From assembly GCA_041891055.1 (NCBI GenBank), contig CP169074.1:1728001-1792000 (forward strand): 64,000 bases of DNA. Reading direction: 5' to 3'. Below the pieces are notes generated by a model. It was given only the letters and a program-made list of their open reading frames with translations. It searched no databases and had not been told where the DNA came from. Positions 39,802 through 48,728 of the stretch are shown here, in pieces. Positions within the stretch are counted from its first letter, which is position 1. Each line of letters starts with the position of its first letter. This stretch comes from Halorutilales archaeon Cl-col2-1. GTDB lineage: Archaea > Halobacteriota > Halobacteria > Halobacteriales > Afararchaeaceae. A program made the translations under genes and the position numbers.

Positions 39802-41232
39802 TCAAGATATAAGAGATATGACTCTAACTCCGTCCTTAGATAGTAGACTGCTTATCTTAGAAGATGCTTTTACTACTCTGTCCGCGGACTCTTCAGCGAA
39901 TACGTCAGGATCACATGACTCTATCAGAGATGGTAGTTTTTCGACGCCGGTTACTCTCTGACCTCCCGTGAGGTTCGAGACTCCGTCGTTGAGTATCACA
40001 ACGAGGATGTCCTCATCTCTCTCAGACGCCTCCAAGAGACCCTGTATACCCGAGTGAATGAATGCGGTGTCTCCGACGAAAGCTACGGCATCCTCGGGAT
40101 GTCCGGACGCGAGGCTTATCGCAGATCCGAGCGCCGAAGCACCGTCGGCGAACTCGAACGGAGGACGTCCCGTGAGTGCTACCGAGCCTATGTCGACCGC
40201 GACGAAGACGTCCAGAAGATCATCGACGACACCCTTGTAGATCTCGTAGAAAGGATTCGACTCAGGTAGGGGACGTCCGCTTTTCTCTATATCTGGGCTG
40301 ACGGGTGAGGGGTCGGTGAAAGCAGTCTCGATACCTCTCTCCACGGCTTCCTCGGTCAGTCTTCCGTACCGCGGCAGGTGTCCAGTCTCCTTACCCACCA
40401 CGTTTTGGGTGTCGAGGAAATTTTCTATCAGAGGATCACCGTCTTCCACTACGAGGACTCTGTCGTGTCTCCCGACGAAACGTTCCGCCTCGGACGGTAC
40501 TGGATACGAGTATCCGAGCGAGAGATGTGAGACGTCGTCGGGAACCACCTCCGAGGCGTCGCCACACGACAGTACGCCGAGGTCAGTACCCCCGTCTCTC
40601 AGACTGTGTAGATCCGAACTGTCGACGTACCTCCGTATCTCGGGACGTATCTCTTCCTCGAAGACCTTTCTGCGTCTGACTACGGGACCTTTCCACGCCC
40701 TCTGTCTGTCGAACTCGCCCGTTTCTTCTATTCTGTCGAATCTCAGTCTCTCGACTGCAGTCTCAGATTCGAGAAGACGCGAGGTCACGCGTACTATACA
40801 CGGCACACCTACGTCTTCTGAGAGTCTCAGACCCTCCTCGACTGACTCGAGTAATCCGTCTACTCCTGAGGGAGTCAGAACCGGAACCCGCGCCTTGAAA
40901 CCTAACGAGCGTGAGTCTCCCTCGTCCTGTGACTTGACAGCTCCGGGATCGTCGCCCGCGATGACTAAGACACCGCCGCCCGTCCCGAAGGTGGCTGAGC
41001 TCGCGAGGGGGTCGAGTGCGACGTTGACACCCACGTGTTTGGCTATGAGACAGCCCCTCTCGCCAGCGAACGACCTTCCTATGGCTTTCTCTACCCCCAC
41101 CATCTCGTTTGGAACCACGTCGGAATCGGTCTCCTCGACCAGATCCGTGACAGGATATCCCACGACTCCCGCCGTGTATACGTCGTTTTTCTTGAGACAA
41201 CGCGCGACCGCTTCAGCGCCGCTTATCCTCAT
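39802..41232 (-). CDS. IorA-like ThDP-dependent enzyme lacking Fe-S cysteines (putative 2-oxoacid decarboxylase)
   Basis: IorA N-terminal motifs (GYP, NEMVGVE, KHVGVNVALDPL, GDDPG..SQ.E.DSR) and ThDP motif GDTAFIHSG...ILND. No ferredoxin domain. Confidence 0.8.
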   Translation of the reverse strand: MRISGAEAVARCLKKNDVYTAGVVGYPVTDLVEETDSDVVPNEMVGVEKAIGRSFAGERGCLIAKHVGVNVALDPLASSATFGTGGGVLVIAGDDPGAVKSQDEGDSRSLGFKARVPVLTPSGVDGLLESVEEGLRLSEDVGVPCIVRVTSRLLESETAVERLRFDRIEETGEFDRQRAWKGPVVRRRKVFEEEIRPEIRRYVDSSDLHSLRDGGTDLGVLSCGDASEVVPDDVSHLSLGYSYPVPSEAERFVGRHDRVLVVEDGDPLIENFLDTQNVVGKETGHLPRYGRLTEEAVERGIETAFTDPSPVSPDIEKSGRPLPESNPFYEIYKGVVDDLLDVFVAVDIGSVALTGRPPFEFADGASALGSAISLASGHPEDAVAFVGDTAFIHSGIQGLLEASERDEDILVVILNDGVSNLTGGQRVTGVEKLPSLIESCDPDVFAEESADRVVKASSKISSLLSKDGVRVISLIS

Positions 41233-42191
41233 ATGTACGGACTGTCCTTCGTGAGTTCGTCTATCACTGCTTCGACTACTTCCTCAGTCGATGACTCTCC
41301 TCCTAAGTCGGGCGTCGGCGCGCGTCTGACCCCCTCATAGGTTGCTTCTTCGAGCCTCCTACTCCTCTTCTCGAAGCCGAGGTAATCGAGCATCATAGAT
41401 GCGCTCAGAAGACAGCCCGCGGGATTGGCTACTCCTTCGCCGGCTATGTCGGGGGCACTCCCGTGGACGGGCTCGAACATCCCGAAGTCGTCGCCTATGT
41501 TCGCGCTCGGTGCTACTCCTAACCCGTCTCCGAGTCCGGCTGTGAGGTCGCTGAGTATGTCTCCGTACAGATTCGGCGTGAGTAAGACGTCGAACTCCTC
41601 ACCATCTGCGAGGTCGTGGGCTACGGAGTCGACGAGCCTTTCGTCGTACTCGACGTACGAATCCTCGATGACTTCTCTGCTCACGTCTCTGAAGAGACGG
41701 TCCGAACCCACGACGTTGGCTTTGTGGACTACGGTGACTTCTGACTCCGCCTCTTCGACGGCTTTTACCGCCGTCTTCCGTGTCGCCTCCGTTGTCACTG
41801 AACGGACTGTCTCACACGCGCCTTCCTTTGATATCTCCTCCCCTGAGTAAAGACCCTCAGTGTTTTCCCTGACTACTGTCCCAGTCCGCGAGGGGCGTAC
41901 GTTGGCATAGAGTCCTAGCTCGTTTCTCAGACGGAGGACGGTGCTCTCGTACTTCGGGTCGTCGGGACTCTCGACGGCTCCGAGAAGAAGGGCATCACAG
42001 TCACGTATACGTTCGAGCGTCTCCTCGGTCACGCCTGTGTCGACCTCCTCTGACTCCCAGACAGACCTCCCGACATCGAGGCTCACGGTCTCGATACCCA
42101 CGTCGAGACATCTCAGAGACTCGACCGTAGCAGGCACGACCTCTCTGCCTACTCCGTCTCCCTCAGCCACTCCTAAAGTGATATCAGCCAT
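41229..42191 (-). CDS. aksF: Isocitrate/isopropylmalate dehydrogenase family, AksF-like homoisocitrate dehydrogenase
   Basis: Motifs GDGVGREV, RENTEGLY, HKANV, NLYGDILSD and EPVHGSAPDIAG. Specificity inferred from context. Confidence 0.75.
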   Translation of the reverse strand: MADITLGVAEGDGVGREVVPATVESLRCLDVGIETVSLDVGRSVWESEEVDTGVTEETLERIRDCDALLLGAVESPDDPKYESTVLRLRNELGLYANVRPSRTGTVVRENTEGLYSGEEISKEGACETVRSVTTEATRKTAVKAVEEAESEVTVVHKANVVGSDRLFRDVSREVIEDSYVEYDERLVDSVAHDLADGEEFDVLLTPNLYGDILSDLTAGLGDGLGVAPSANIGDDFGMFEPVHGSAPDIAGEGVANPAGCLLSASMMLDYLGFEKRSRRLEEATYEGVRRAPTPDLGGESSTEEVVEAVIDELTKDSPYI

Positions 42192-42669
42192 TCTTTCTCC
42201 TCCAGCTTAGCAAGCCACCCGCTTCGAGAACCTCACGAAGCCTCTCGGGAAGCTCCTCACACTCGTGCCTCGTCTTCCCGGGCTCCGACTCCACTACCAC
42301 GGTGCCTTCTGACAGATCCAGTGAGACGCGGTCACCGTCGTCGGTGTCTTCGGCGACAGATGCTGTTGCTATCGGGAGACCAACGTTGATCGCGTTTCGG
42401 TAGAATATACGTGCGAACGACTCGGCGACTACCCCTCTGATCCCGGCTGCCTTTATCGCCCTCGGTGCCTGTTCACGTGACGATCCGTACCCGAAGTTCT
42501 CACCCGCTACTATAACGACTCCCTCGCTGTCGTCCGCAAACCGGGGATCTACGCCCTCCATTACGTGGTCAGCCCACACGTCCTCGTCACGCCGGAGGTA
42601 CTTTCCGGGTATTATCTCGTCGGTGCTGATGTCGTCTCCGAATGTCCTCGCTTCTCCTTTGACCCTCAT
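42184..42669 (-). CDS. aksE: Homoaconitase small subunit (LeuD/AksE family)
   Basis: Motifs FGDDISTDEIIPGKYLR, GENFGYGSSRE and SFARIFYRN. The YLR loop is homoaconitase-like. Start at ATG 42669. Confidence 0.8.
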   Translation of the reverse strand: MRVKGEARTFGDDISTDEIIPGKYLRRDEDVWADHVMEGVDPRFADDSEGVVIVAGENFGYGSSREQAPRAIKAAGIRGVVAESFARIFYRNAINVGLPIATASVAEDTDDGDRVSLDLSEGTVVVESEPGKTRHECEELPERLREVLEAGGLLSWRRKNG

Positions 42670-43913
42670 ACTACCTCCGCTGGGTTGGTTATCTCCCCTT
42701 CTACTGCACTCGCAGCGACGGTCTCGGGCGACCCGAGATACACGTCTCCCGATCCCATTCTCCCGTCGAAGTTCCTGTTGCCCGACGAGATACAGACCTC
42801 CCCGTCTCCGACGACTCCCTGGTGGTATCCCATACACGGACCACATCCGGGGTTGAGTATAGTCGCGCCGGCTTCCATAAGCACGTTCGAGATGCCCTCC
42901 TCGTTGGCTCTCATCAGGGCTTCCTTCGTGGCGGGAACTAATATCAGACGCGTCTCGGGTGCTACCTCGCTGCCTTCGAGGATTTCAGCCGCGGCGGCTA
43001 GGTCGGAGAAGCCCCCGTTCGTACAAGTTCCTATATGTGCCTGATCCACAGCCGTACCTTCGACTTCGTCGACTGGAACGGCGTCCTCGGGAGCACCCGG
43101 ACGTGCTACGAGGGGTGACTCGGGAGCCTGTATACGTATCTCCTCGTCCCAAGACCCCGGGTCGGAGTAGACGGGGTTCGCGTCCTCCTTTCCGGTGTAC
43201 TCGAAGGTAGTCTCATCGGGTGGTATCACCGCCGACTTCGCGTCCATTTCGACACCCATGTTACACAGGGTTATCCTCTCCTCTACGCTGAGATCCTCTA
43301 TACAGTCGCCGTGGTACTCTATCACGCTGTAGTTAGCACCGCTCGCCCCCAGCTCCGAGACGATCTTGAGAGTCAGATCCTTGGGTGTAATACGGCTCCG
43401 GCTCGGGTCGAATTCCTCAATCTCTACCTTAATTGTCTCTGGGACACGGAACCACAGCTTTCCCGAGATGAGTGCCTCGGCGATATCAGTGCTTCCCACA
43501 CCCGTCGAGAATGCTCCGAGTGCACCGAAGCTACACGTGTGTGAGTCGCCCCCGACTACAATATCTCCGGGGTTTATGTAGTCTTTCTCGGGAAGTACCC
43601 TGTGACATATCCCCTCACCCTCGTGTCTGTCGATGCCATTCTCGGTGGTCCAGTCCCTTATCTCAGACTGCTGTTCGGCGACGTCCTCGTCGGGTGCCGG
43701 GAAGTAGTGGTCGAAGGGAACAACCACCTTGTCGGAGTCCCACGGCTCTTCATCCATCTCCTTCATAGCCTCGACGGCTAGGACGCTCGAACCGTCGTGA
43801 GCCATCACGAGGTCGAGATCAGCCTCAACAACGTCTCCTGCTCGCGCTTCCTCACCCGACGCGTCCGAGAGCACCTTCTCCGCCATCGTCGTAGGCTCTG
43901 TCGCCCGCGTCAT
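42666..43913 (-). CDS. aksD: Homoaconitase large subunit (LeuC/AksD family)
   Basis: Motifs GDSHTC, IGTCTNG, PGCGPCMG and NRNFDGRMG. Confidence 0.8.
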   Translation of the reverse strand: MTRATEPTTMAEKVLSDASGEEARAGDVVEADLDLVMAHDGSSVLAVEAMKEMDEEPWDSDKVVVPFDHYFPAPDEDVAEQQSEIRDWTTENGIDRHEGEGICHRVLPEKDYINPGDIVVGGDSHTCSFGALGAFSTGVGSTDIAEALISGKLWFRVPETIKVEIEEFDPSRSRITPKDLTLKIVSELGASGANYSVIEYHGDCIEDLSVEERITLCNMGVEMDAKSAVIPPDETTFEYTGKEDANPVYSDPGSWDEEIRIQAPESPLVARPGAPEDAVPVDEVEGTAVDQAHIGTCTNGGFSDLAAAAEILEGSEVAPETRLILVPATKEALMRANEEGISNVLMEAGATILNPGCGPCMGYHQGVVGDGEVCISSGNRNFDGRMGSGDVYLGSPETVAASAVEGEITNPAEVV

Positions 43914-45052
43914 CTTCCTCTCACCTCCTCGACCAGCTCGGATATGCTGACTGTGTCTCTTCCCGACTTGAGACTCTCGACTACCTCCTCAATCTCGTCC
44001 TCGATCTCTATACCCTCTCTCTCGGCGATGAACTCTACTGCCTTTCTACCTGAATGTTTCCCGATCTCGAACTCCCTCTCTCGTCCGACTTTCTCGGGAG
44101 GGTATACCTCGTAAGTCCCGGGATCGTTGGCTATCCCCTCGACGTGGACACCGCTCTCGTATCTGAAGGCGTTTTTCCCGACTACCGGCTTCGTAGGGCT
44201 GACCTCTATTCCCGATCTCTCTTCGACGACTTCCGAGAGACGGCTCAGTTTCTCAGTCTCTACCACCTCGAACGAGTACTGTGTCGAGAGGACGACTGCG
44301 ACCTCTTCTAGGGGAGTGTTGCCCGCGTTCTCACCTATGCCGTTCACAGTCGTGTGTAGCTGTACTGCGCCCTCCTCGGCTGCGGCAACTGTGTTCGCGA
44401 CTGAAAGACCCAGGTCGTCGTGGCAGTGTACCGAGACGGGTACCTCGACCCAGTCTCTGACCTTAGTCACCATCGTTCGTGTCGTCGGTGGGGTTAGAGC
44501 ACCCACAGTGTCGGCTATACCTACCATGTCGGCTCCTCTCTCCTCGGCACCCGTGTAGAGACGTCTGAGGAAGCCGGGGTCGGATCGTGTAGAGTCCTCG
44601 ATGGCGAAACGCACCTCTATCCCATGATCAGACGCGTACTCGACCGTCCTGAACGCCTTCTCAGCCGCCTCTTGCCTCGTTATACCGTACTTCTGACTCA
44701 GATGGCGGTCGCTCCCGGCTATGAATACACCTACTGCGTCGGCTCCCGTCTCGATTACGGAGTCTATGTCGTCTTCCATACACCGCGCGAGACACGAGAT
44801 CTTAGCGTCTGTTCCGAGACTCACGACCTCCTCGACGGCTCTTCTCTCGTCGTCGCTTACAGCCGGAAATCCCGCCTCTATGTATCCTACTCCTGCTTCG
44901 TCAAGCAGACGCGCTATCTCCTTCTTGTCCTCGACCGAGAACGAGACTCCGGGTGTCTGTTCTCCGTCTCTTAACGTGACATCGTATATATGAAGATCAT
45001 CAGTTAGTTGGGGTCTGTCGACGAAGTTCGAGAAGCTGTTGGCTTGGGTCAT
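43910..45052 (-). CDS. aksA: Homocitrate synthase family (AksA-like), no C-terminal regulatory domain
   Basis: Motifs DVTLRDGEQTPG, HCHDDLG, NGIGE.AGN and GKHSG. About 380 aa. Start at ATG 45052. Confidence 0.8.
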   Translation of the reverse strand: MTQANSFSNFVDRPQLTDDLHIYDVTLRDGEQTPGVSFSVEDKKEIARLLDEAGVGYIEAGFPAVSDDERRAVEEVVSLGTDAKISCLARCMEDDIDSVIETGADAVGVFIAGSDRHLSQKYGITRQEAAEKAFRTVEYASDHGIEVRFAIEDSTRSDPGFLRRLYTGAEERGADMVGIADTVGALTPPTTRTMVTKVRDWVEVPVSVHCHDDLGLSVANTVAAAEEGAVQLHTTVNGIGENAGNTPLEEVAVVLSTQYSFEVVETEKLSRLSEVVEERSGIEVSPTKPVVGKNAFRYESGVHVEGIANDPGTYEVYPPEKVGREREFEIGKHSGRKAVEFIAEREGIEIEDEIEEVVESLKSGRDTVSISELVEEVRGR

Positions 45053-45071
45053 TGTGGTTGTCGTGTTTACT

Positions 45072-45752
45072 TTACTCTCCGAATACCTCTGTCGTGAGGC
45101 TCTTTCTGACGGATTTGGCGGCTTCCTCGGGTGTGACTCTCTCCTCTGAGACACCGATATCAGGTATCTTTCCGACGACGTCAATGCCTGTCATCATCTC
45201 AATTTCGTCGGGGTTTGTCCTCTCGGCTGTGTCGGGATTCTCAGGATATCTGTTGATAACTATTCCCGAGACATCGAGGCTTCTTCTCTCGACTGCCTCG
45301 ACGGTGAGCGCTGTGTGGTTGAGGGTTCCGAGGCTCGGGCGCGTGACAATGAGAACGGGGACTCCGAGGTCTTCTATCAGGTCTATTACCTCCTTACCGT
45401 CGTCGAGAGGCACTCTCACACCTCCGATACCCTCTACGACGGTGAAGCCGTCCTCGGATAACCTCGATACGACGTGTTCGAGTACACTGTCGTAGCCCAG
45501 GTCACACCCCTCTATCTCCGCCGCGACTCTCGGAGCCAAGGGCTCTTCGAGTACCGACGCGCAGACTTCGTCTACGGGGTCGCCTGACGCCGCACTAAGA
45601 AACTCGGCGTCGTCACTCCCGCCTGACTCGACGGGCTTTACTGCGTTCACGTCGAATCCCTTGTCTTTCAGGTATCTTACTATTCCTCCCGCGACTACTG
45701 TCTTACCCACTCCTGTGTCGGTTCCGGCTACGAATATCCCGTTCGTGTTCAT
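45072..45752 (-). CDS. bioD: Dethiobiotin synthase
   Basis: Motifs GTDTGVGKT, KPVESG, VEGIGG and LGTLNHT. Confidence 0.93.
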   Translation of the reverse strand: MNTNGIFVAGTDTGVGKTVVAGGIVRYLKDKGFDVNAVKPVESGGSDDAEFLSAASGDPVDEVCASVLEEPLAPRVAAEIEGCDLGYDSVLEHVVSRLSEDGFTVVEGIGGVRVPLDDGKEVIDLIEDLGVPVLIVTRPSLGTLNHTALTVEAVERRSLDVSGIVINRYPENPDTAERTNPDEIEMMTGIDVVGKIPDIGVSEERVTPEEAAKSVRKSLTTEVFGE

Positions 45753-46960
45753 ATCACTCCCACCTCTTTGCCTGCCTCCTCGAACGCGTCCACGACTTTT
45801 CGGATTTCGTCATCTGTATGGGTCGCCATCGCGCTCACACGTATCCTACTCGTACCTTCGGGGACTGTCGGAGGACGTACTGCGGGAGCGAAGATGCCTC
45901 TCTCCTCGAGCTTATCCCCTAGACTTACTGCGTCTTCGGCGTCGCCTACGAGAACCGGGATTATCTGTGACTCACGGCTGAGTATCTCATATCCGAGGTC
46001 GCTCAGACTCTCTCTCAAGAACTCGACGTTCGACCATAGATCTTCTCTCAGATTCTCTCCCTCACCACTCCTTACGAGATTTACTGCCTCGCGTGAGACC
46101 TCGGCGTCTATCGGGCTCAGACCCGTGCTGAAGACGAACGACCTCGCCTCGTTCACGAGGAGGTCGATAAGCTCTGAGGATCCAGCGACAAAGCCGCCCT
46201 GGCTTCCGAGGGCTTTGCTCATCGTACCCATCTGAATATCTATGTCGTCCACAAGCCCCTCGCGTCTGACTACTCCAGAACCTTCCTCGCCTACTACACC
46301 TGTGGCATGCGCCTCGTCGACCATTACGAAGCCACCGTCGTCGCGCGCTATCTCCGATATTTCCTTGAGGGGAGCTATGTCGCCGTCCATCGAGAATACC
46401 GAGTCGGTCACAATCAGCTTACGTCTTCCGTCGTGTTTCTTCCATTTTTCACGGAGGTCGTCGGGATCGCAATGGTCGTACACAACGGTTTTGGCGTCTG
46501 AGAGGCGGCATCCGTCTATTATGCTCGCGTGGTTGAGTTCGTCGCTGAATATAACGTCCCTCTCGTCTGCAGATCCCTGATCTCCAGGCTCGGAAATCAA
46601 AGATTTCCGAACGTCGGTGACTGCGGTGATCGTTCCGACGTTCGCGGCATATCCCGACGAAAAAACCAGAGCGTCTTGTGTTCTCTTGTACTCGGCAATC
46701 TCGTCCTCGAGACGCCGGTGTGGCTCCAGATTGCCCGATAGTAGACGCGACGCTCCTGCCCCAGTGCCGTACTTATCGCTCGCTCTGCACGCCGCCTCCT
46801 TCAGACGTCTATGGCTTCCGAGCCCGAGGTACGAGTTGGAGGAGAGAACCAAGGTTCTGTCATCCTCGCCGTCGACCGTCGCTGTCTTTCCAAAGCCGCC
46901 GAGTTCCCTCATCGACCTGTAGAGTCCCCGGCGTTTCCTGACCTCAACCTCCTCGAACAT
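45749..46960 (-). CDS. bioF: 8-amino-7-oxononanoate synthase
   Basis: Motifs SNSYLGL, SDELNHASIIDG, SVFSMDGD, DEAH and PLP lysine TMSKALG. Carries a 16-aa insert. Confidence 0.93.
   Translation of the reverse strand: MFEEVEVRKRRGLYRSMRELGGFGKTATVDGEDDRTLVLSSNSYLGLGSHRRLKEAACRASDKYGTGAGASRLLSGNLEPHRRLEDEIAEYKRTQDALVFSSGYAANVGTITAVTDVRKSLISEPGDQGSADERDVIFSDELNHASIIDGCRLSDAKTVVYDHCDPDDLREKWKKHDGRRKLIVTDSVFSMDGDIAPLKEISEIARDDGGFVMVDEAHATGVVGEEGSGVVRREGLVDDIDIQMGTMSKALGSQGGFVAGSSELIDLLVNEARSFVFSTGLSPIDAEVSREAVNLVRSGEGENLREDLWSNVEFLRESLSDLGYEILSRESQIIPVLVGDAEDAVSLGDKLEERGIFAPAVRPPTVPEGTSRIRVSAMATHTDDEIRKVVDAFEEAGKEVGVI
46564..46611 (-). repeat. 48-bp double-hairpin element inserted in frame in bioF
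   Basis: Minus strand TTCGGAAATC-TTT-GATTTCCG-AGC-CTGGAGATC-AGG-GATCTGCAG-ACG with GACG duplicated. 35/48 identical to the metG copy. Confidence 0.85.
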
Positions 46961-46963
46961 CTA

Positions 46964-47962
46964 CTAGAATCCGGGCATTATCTCGCTCGGATCGAAGAGG
47001 CCGTAGAGTCCGTTTTGGTTGAGGAAGACCCCTTTCTTGAGGTATCCGAGCGCGGGACCGTTGACGTTCGCTGCCATGCTCGTGTTGTCGTCTAGCTTGA
47101 ATGTGTTGGTGCCCTCGTCGCCCTCGAAGGTCGTACCCGTCACACGTACGGTCGTCGTCGTGGGTTTCTCGTCCTGTGTGACGTCGAGTATTCCTCCTAC
47201 CTTGACGTCGGCGGAGTCACATATTCCCGCCTTTTCGAGGAGTACCTCGTCGGCGTGTTCCATGTCCTCGAACTCAAGACGTCCGTCGTGTTCCTCTATT
47301 ATCTCCTCTATCTCGTCGTCGGACATCTCGGAGACCTTTTCGAGGTCGTACTCCGGGAGATGTGCGATGTCCTCTCTCACGGTTCCCTTGTTCTCCTCGT
47401 ATCCGCTCGCTATGCCTACTCCCCACCATATCTCTATCTCGTCGACCTCTACGAAGCTCTGTGAAGCGATTGCGGCGGCTCCCGTGAGGAAGCCGGGCGT
47501 CGCACCTGCGCCACAGATGAAGGTAATTCCCGATGCCTCTATCTTCGACTCCATATCTTCGAGCATGCCGATCACACGCGACCTCTTGAGGACGTCAATC
47601 ATGACTCCCGAGTAGCCCGCGTCTGCGAATCTGTCGACGGTATCGGGTATGAACGAATGGGGGATGTTGGGAAGAGCCATCAGGACGGCGTCTATACGGT
47701 CGCTGACCTCGATGACCTCCTGTATCGAGTCGTTCGCGGGAGTCCCACCGGGAGCCTTCGCGACTGTTCCTCCGTCGGCTTCGACCGCATCGACGATGTC
47801 GTCGACTTCGAGACCGTCGAAGTCTATTGCCACACCTTCTTTGTCACACACCGCGACCGGATTGAGGTCGTCCTTGTACTCCGAGACTTCGAGTGTTCGT
47901 TTGCCTATTCCACCTGTACCAAGTACGGCTATGTTCTTTGTATCTGCGTCTGTTTCAGACAT
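46964..47962 (-). CDS. bioU: BioU (NAD(P)H-dependent suicide enzyme replacing BioA)
   Basis: Rossmann motif VLGTGGIG, MALPNIP, DVLKR (conserved Lys), GAGATPGFLTG and DMEHAD. Located in a bio operon with no bioA. Confidence 0.85.
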   Translation of the reverse strand: MSETDADTKNIAVLGTGGIGKRTLEVSEYKDDLNPVAVCDKEGVAIDFDGLEVDDIVDAVEADGGTVAKAPGGTPANDSIQEVIEVSDRIDAVLMALPNIPHSFIPDTVDRFADAGYSGVMIDVLKRSRVIGMLEDMESKIEASGITFICGAGATPGFLTGAAAIASQSFVEVDEIEIWWGVGIASGYEENKGTVREDIAHLPEYDLEKVSEMSDDEIEEIIEEHDGRLEFEDMEHADEVLLEKAGICDSADVKVGGILDVTQDEKPTTTTVRVTGTTFEGDEGTNTFKLDDNTSMAANVNGPALGYLKKGVFLNQNGLYGLFDPSEIMPGF

Positions 47963-48725
47963 ATTTATCGAGTTCTTTGGGTTTTATACTGTAGAAATCC
48001 GACACTCCGTCAACCAGAAACGGCGTAGTCTCAAGACTGTCTATATAGCTGTTCAGATCCGTGTCGGGAGAGACGAAGTAGACGCGTCCTCCCGAAGAGC
48101 CGTCAGGCTTCATCCTCGGAAAACGGAAGTAAGTCGCGTCCACAGCTACGTATCCGGGCTTATAGCCGGGGTTGTCCGACCAGCAGATTTCCCCGACTGT
48201 TCCCTCGACCCACTGTGTCTTCGTAGACAGAACGACTGCGTCCTTGACACGTGTTCCGCCGAGACCCGCGTCGTGTATACACTCTTCGAGTCCCTCCTCG
48301 CCTTCATCTGTCGTGCCGACGTAAGAGGTTCTCACTCCTCGACTCTCGTCGGGTTCGAGCCTCTCGCCAGTCTCGGAGTCGACGACTGCAGCACCTCTCA
48401 TCGCCGTCTCGGAGCGGAGTATCTCGAACCCTCTTTCGGTAGCCTCCTTAGAGATGTGTTCCTGAAGTATACTCCTCGCTGTCGCGTGACTCTCTTTGAG
48501 GCTCGATGTCTCGACCGTGACGACATCGACTGTGTCGCTTCTCTCGGGCTTTTGTTCGATCTCTTCTATTGAGATCTCTACGGAGTCGGGCGTCTCTCTC
48601 GGGTGGTTCATCGCTCTCGCCGTCATAGACGAGACTGTGTCGTCTATCTCGTCGTCGACGACTATGTCCTCCGCGCCCGAGACGTGTTCGTCGTTCAGAG
48701 AAGCCCTCATCCGTACGCTGTACAT
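47955..48725 (-). CDS. bioW: 6-carboxyhexanoate (pimelate)--CoA ligase
   Basis: Motifs MYSVRMRAS, HVSGAE, RAMNHPR, MRGAA, RGVRTS, WSDNPGY..GYVA and GGRVYF. Confidence 0.92.
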   Translation of the reverse strand: MYSVRMRASLNDEHVSGAEDIVVDDEIDDTVSSMTARAMNHPRETPDSVEISIEEIEQKPERSDTVDVVTVETSSLKESHATARSILQEHISKEATERGFEILRSETAMRGAAVVDSETGERLEPDESRGVRTSYVGTTDEGEEGLEECIHDAGLGGTRVKDAVVLSTKTQWVEGTVGEICWSDNPGYKPGYVAVDATYFRFPRMKPDGSSGGRVYFVSPDTDLNSYIDSLETTPFLVDGVSDFYSIKPKELDKYV

Positions 48726-48728
48726 ACT

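Larger units (their letters stand above)
38157..39805 (+). mobile_element. IS605/IS1341-type TnpB-only (non-autonomous) insertion sequence
   Basis: Left-end hairpin CCTGACTCC-TTCA-GGGTCAGG (38166-38186). Right end ...CGCC-TTCA-GGCGGGTGAGGATGTCAA ending at 39805. Lower GC, no tnpA. The left boundary is inferred. Confidence 0.85.

Noticed and set aside
41229-45052. Plain leuABCD or aminoadipate lysine operon
   Set aside because: Disfavoured but not excluded. The synthase lacks the LeuA regulatory domain, the small subunit has a YLR loop, there are no ilv or lysWXYZ neighbours, lysA is present, and the genes are coupled to bio genes.
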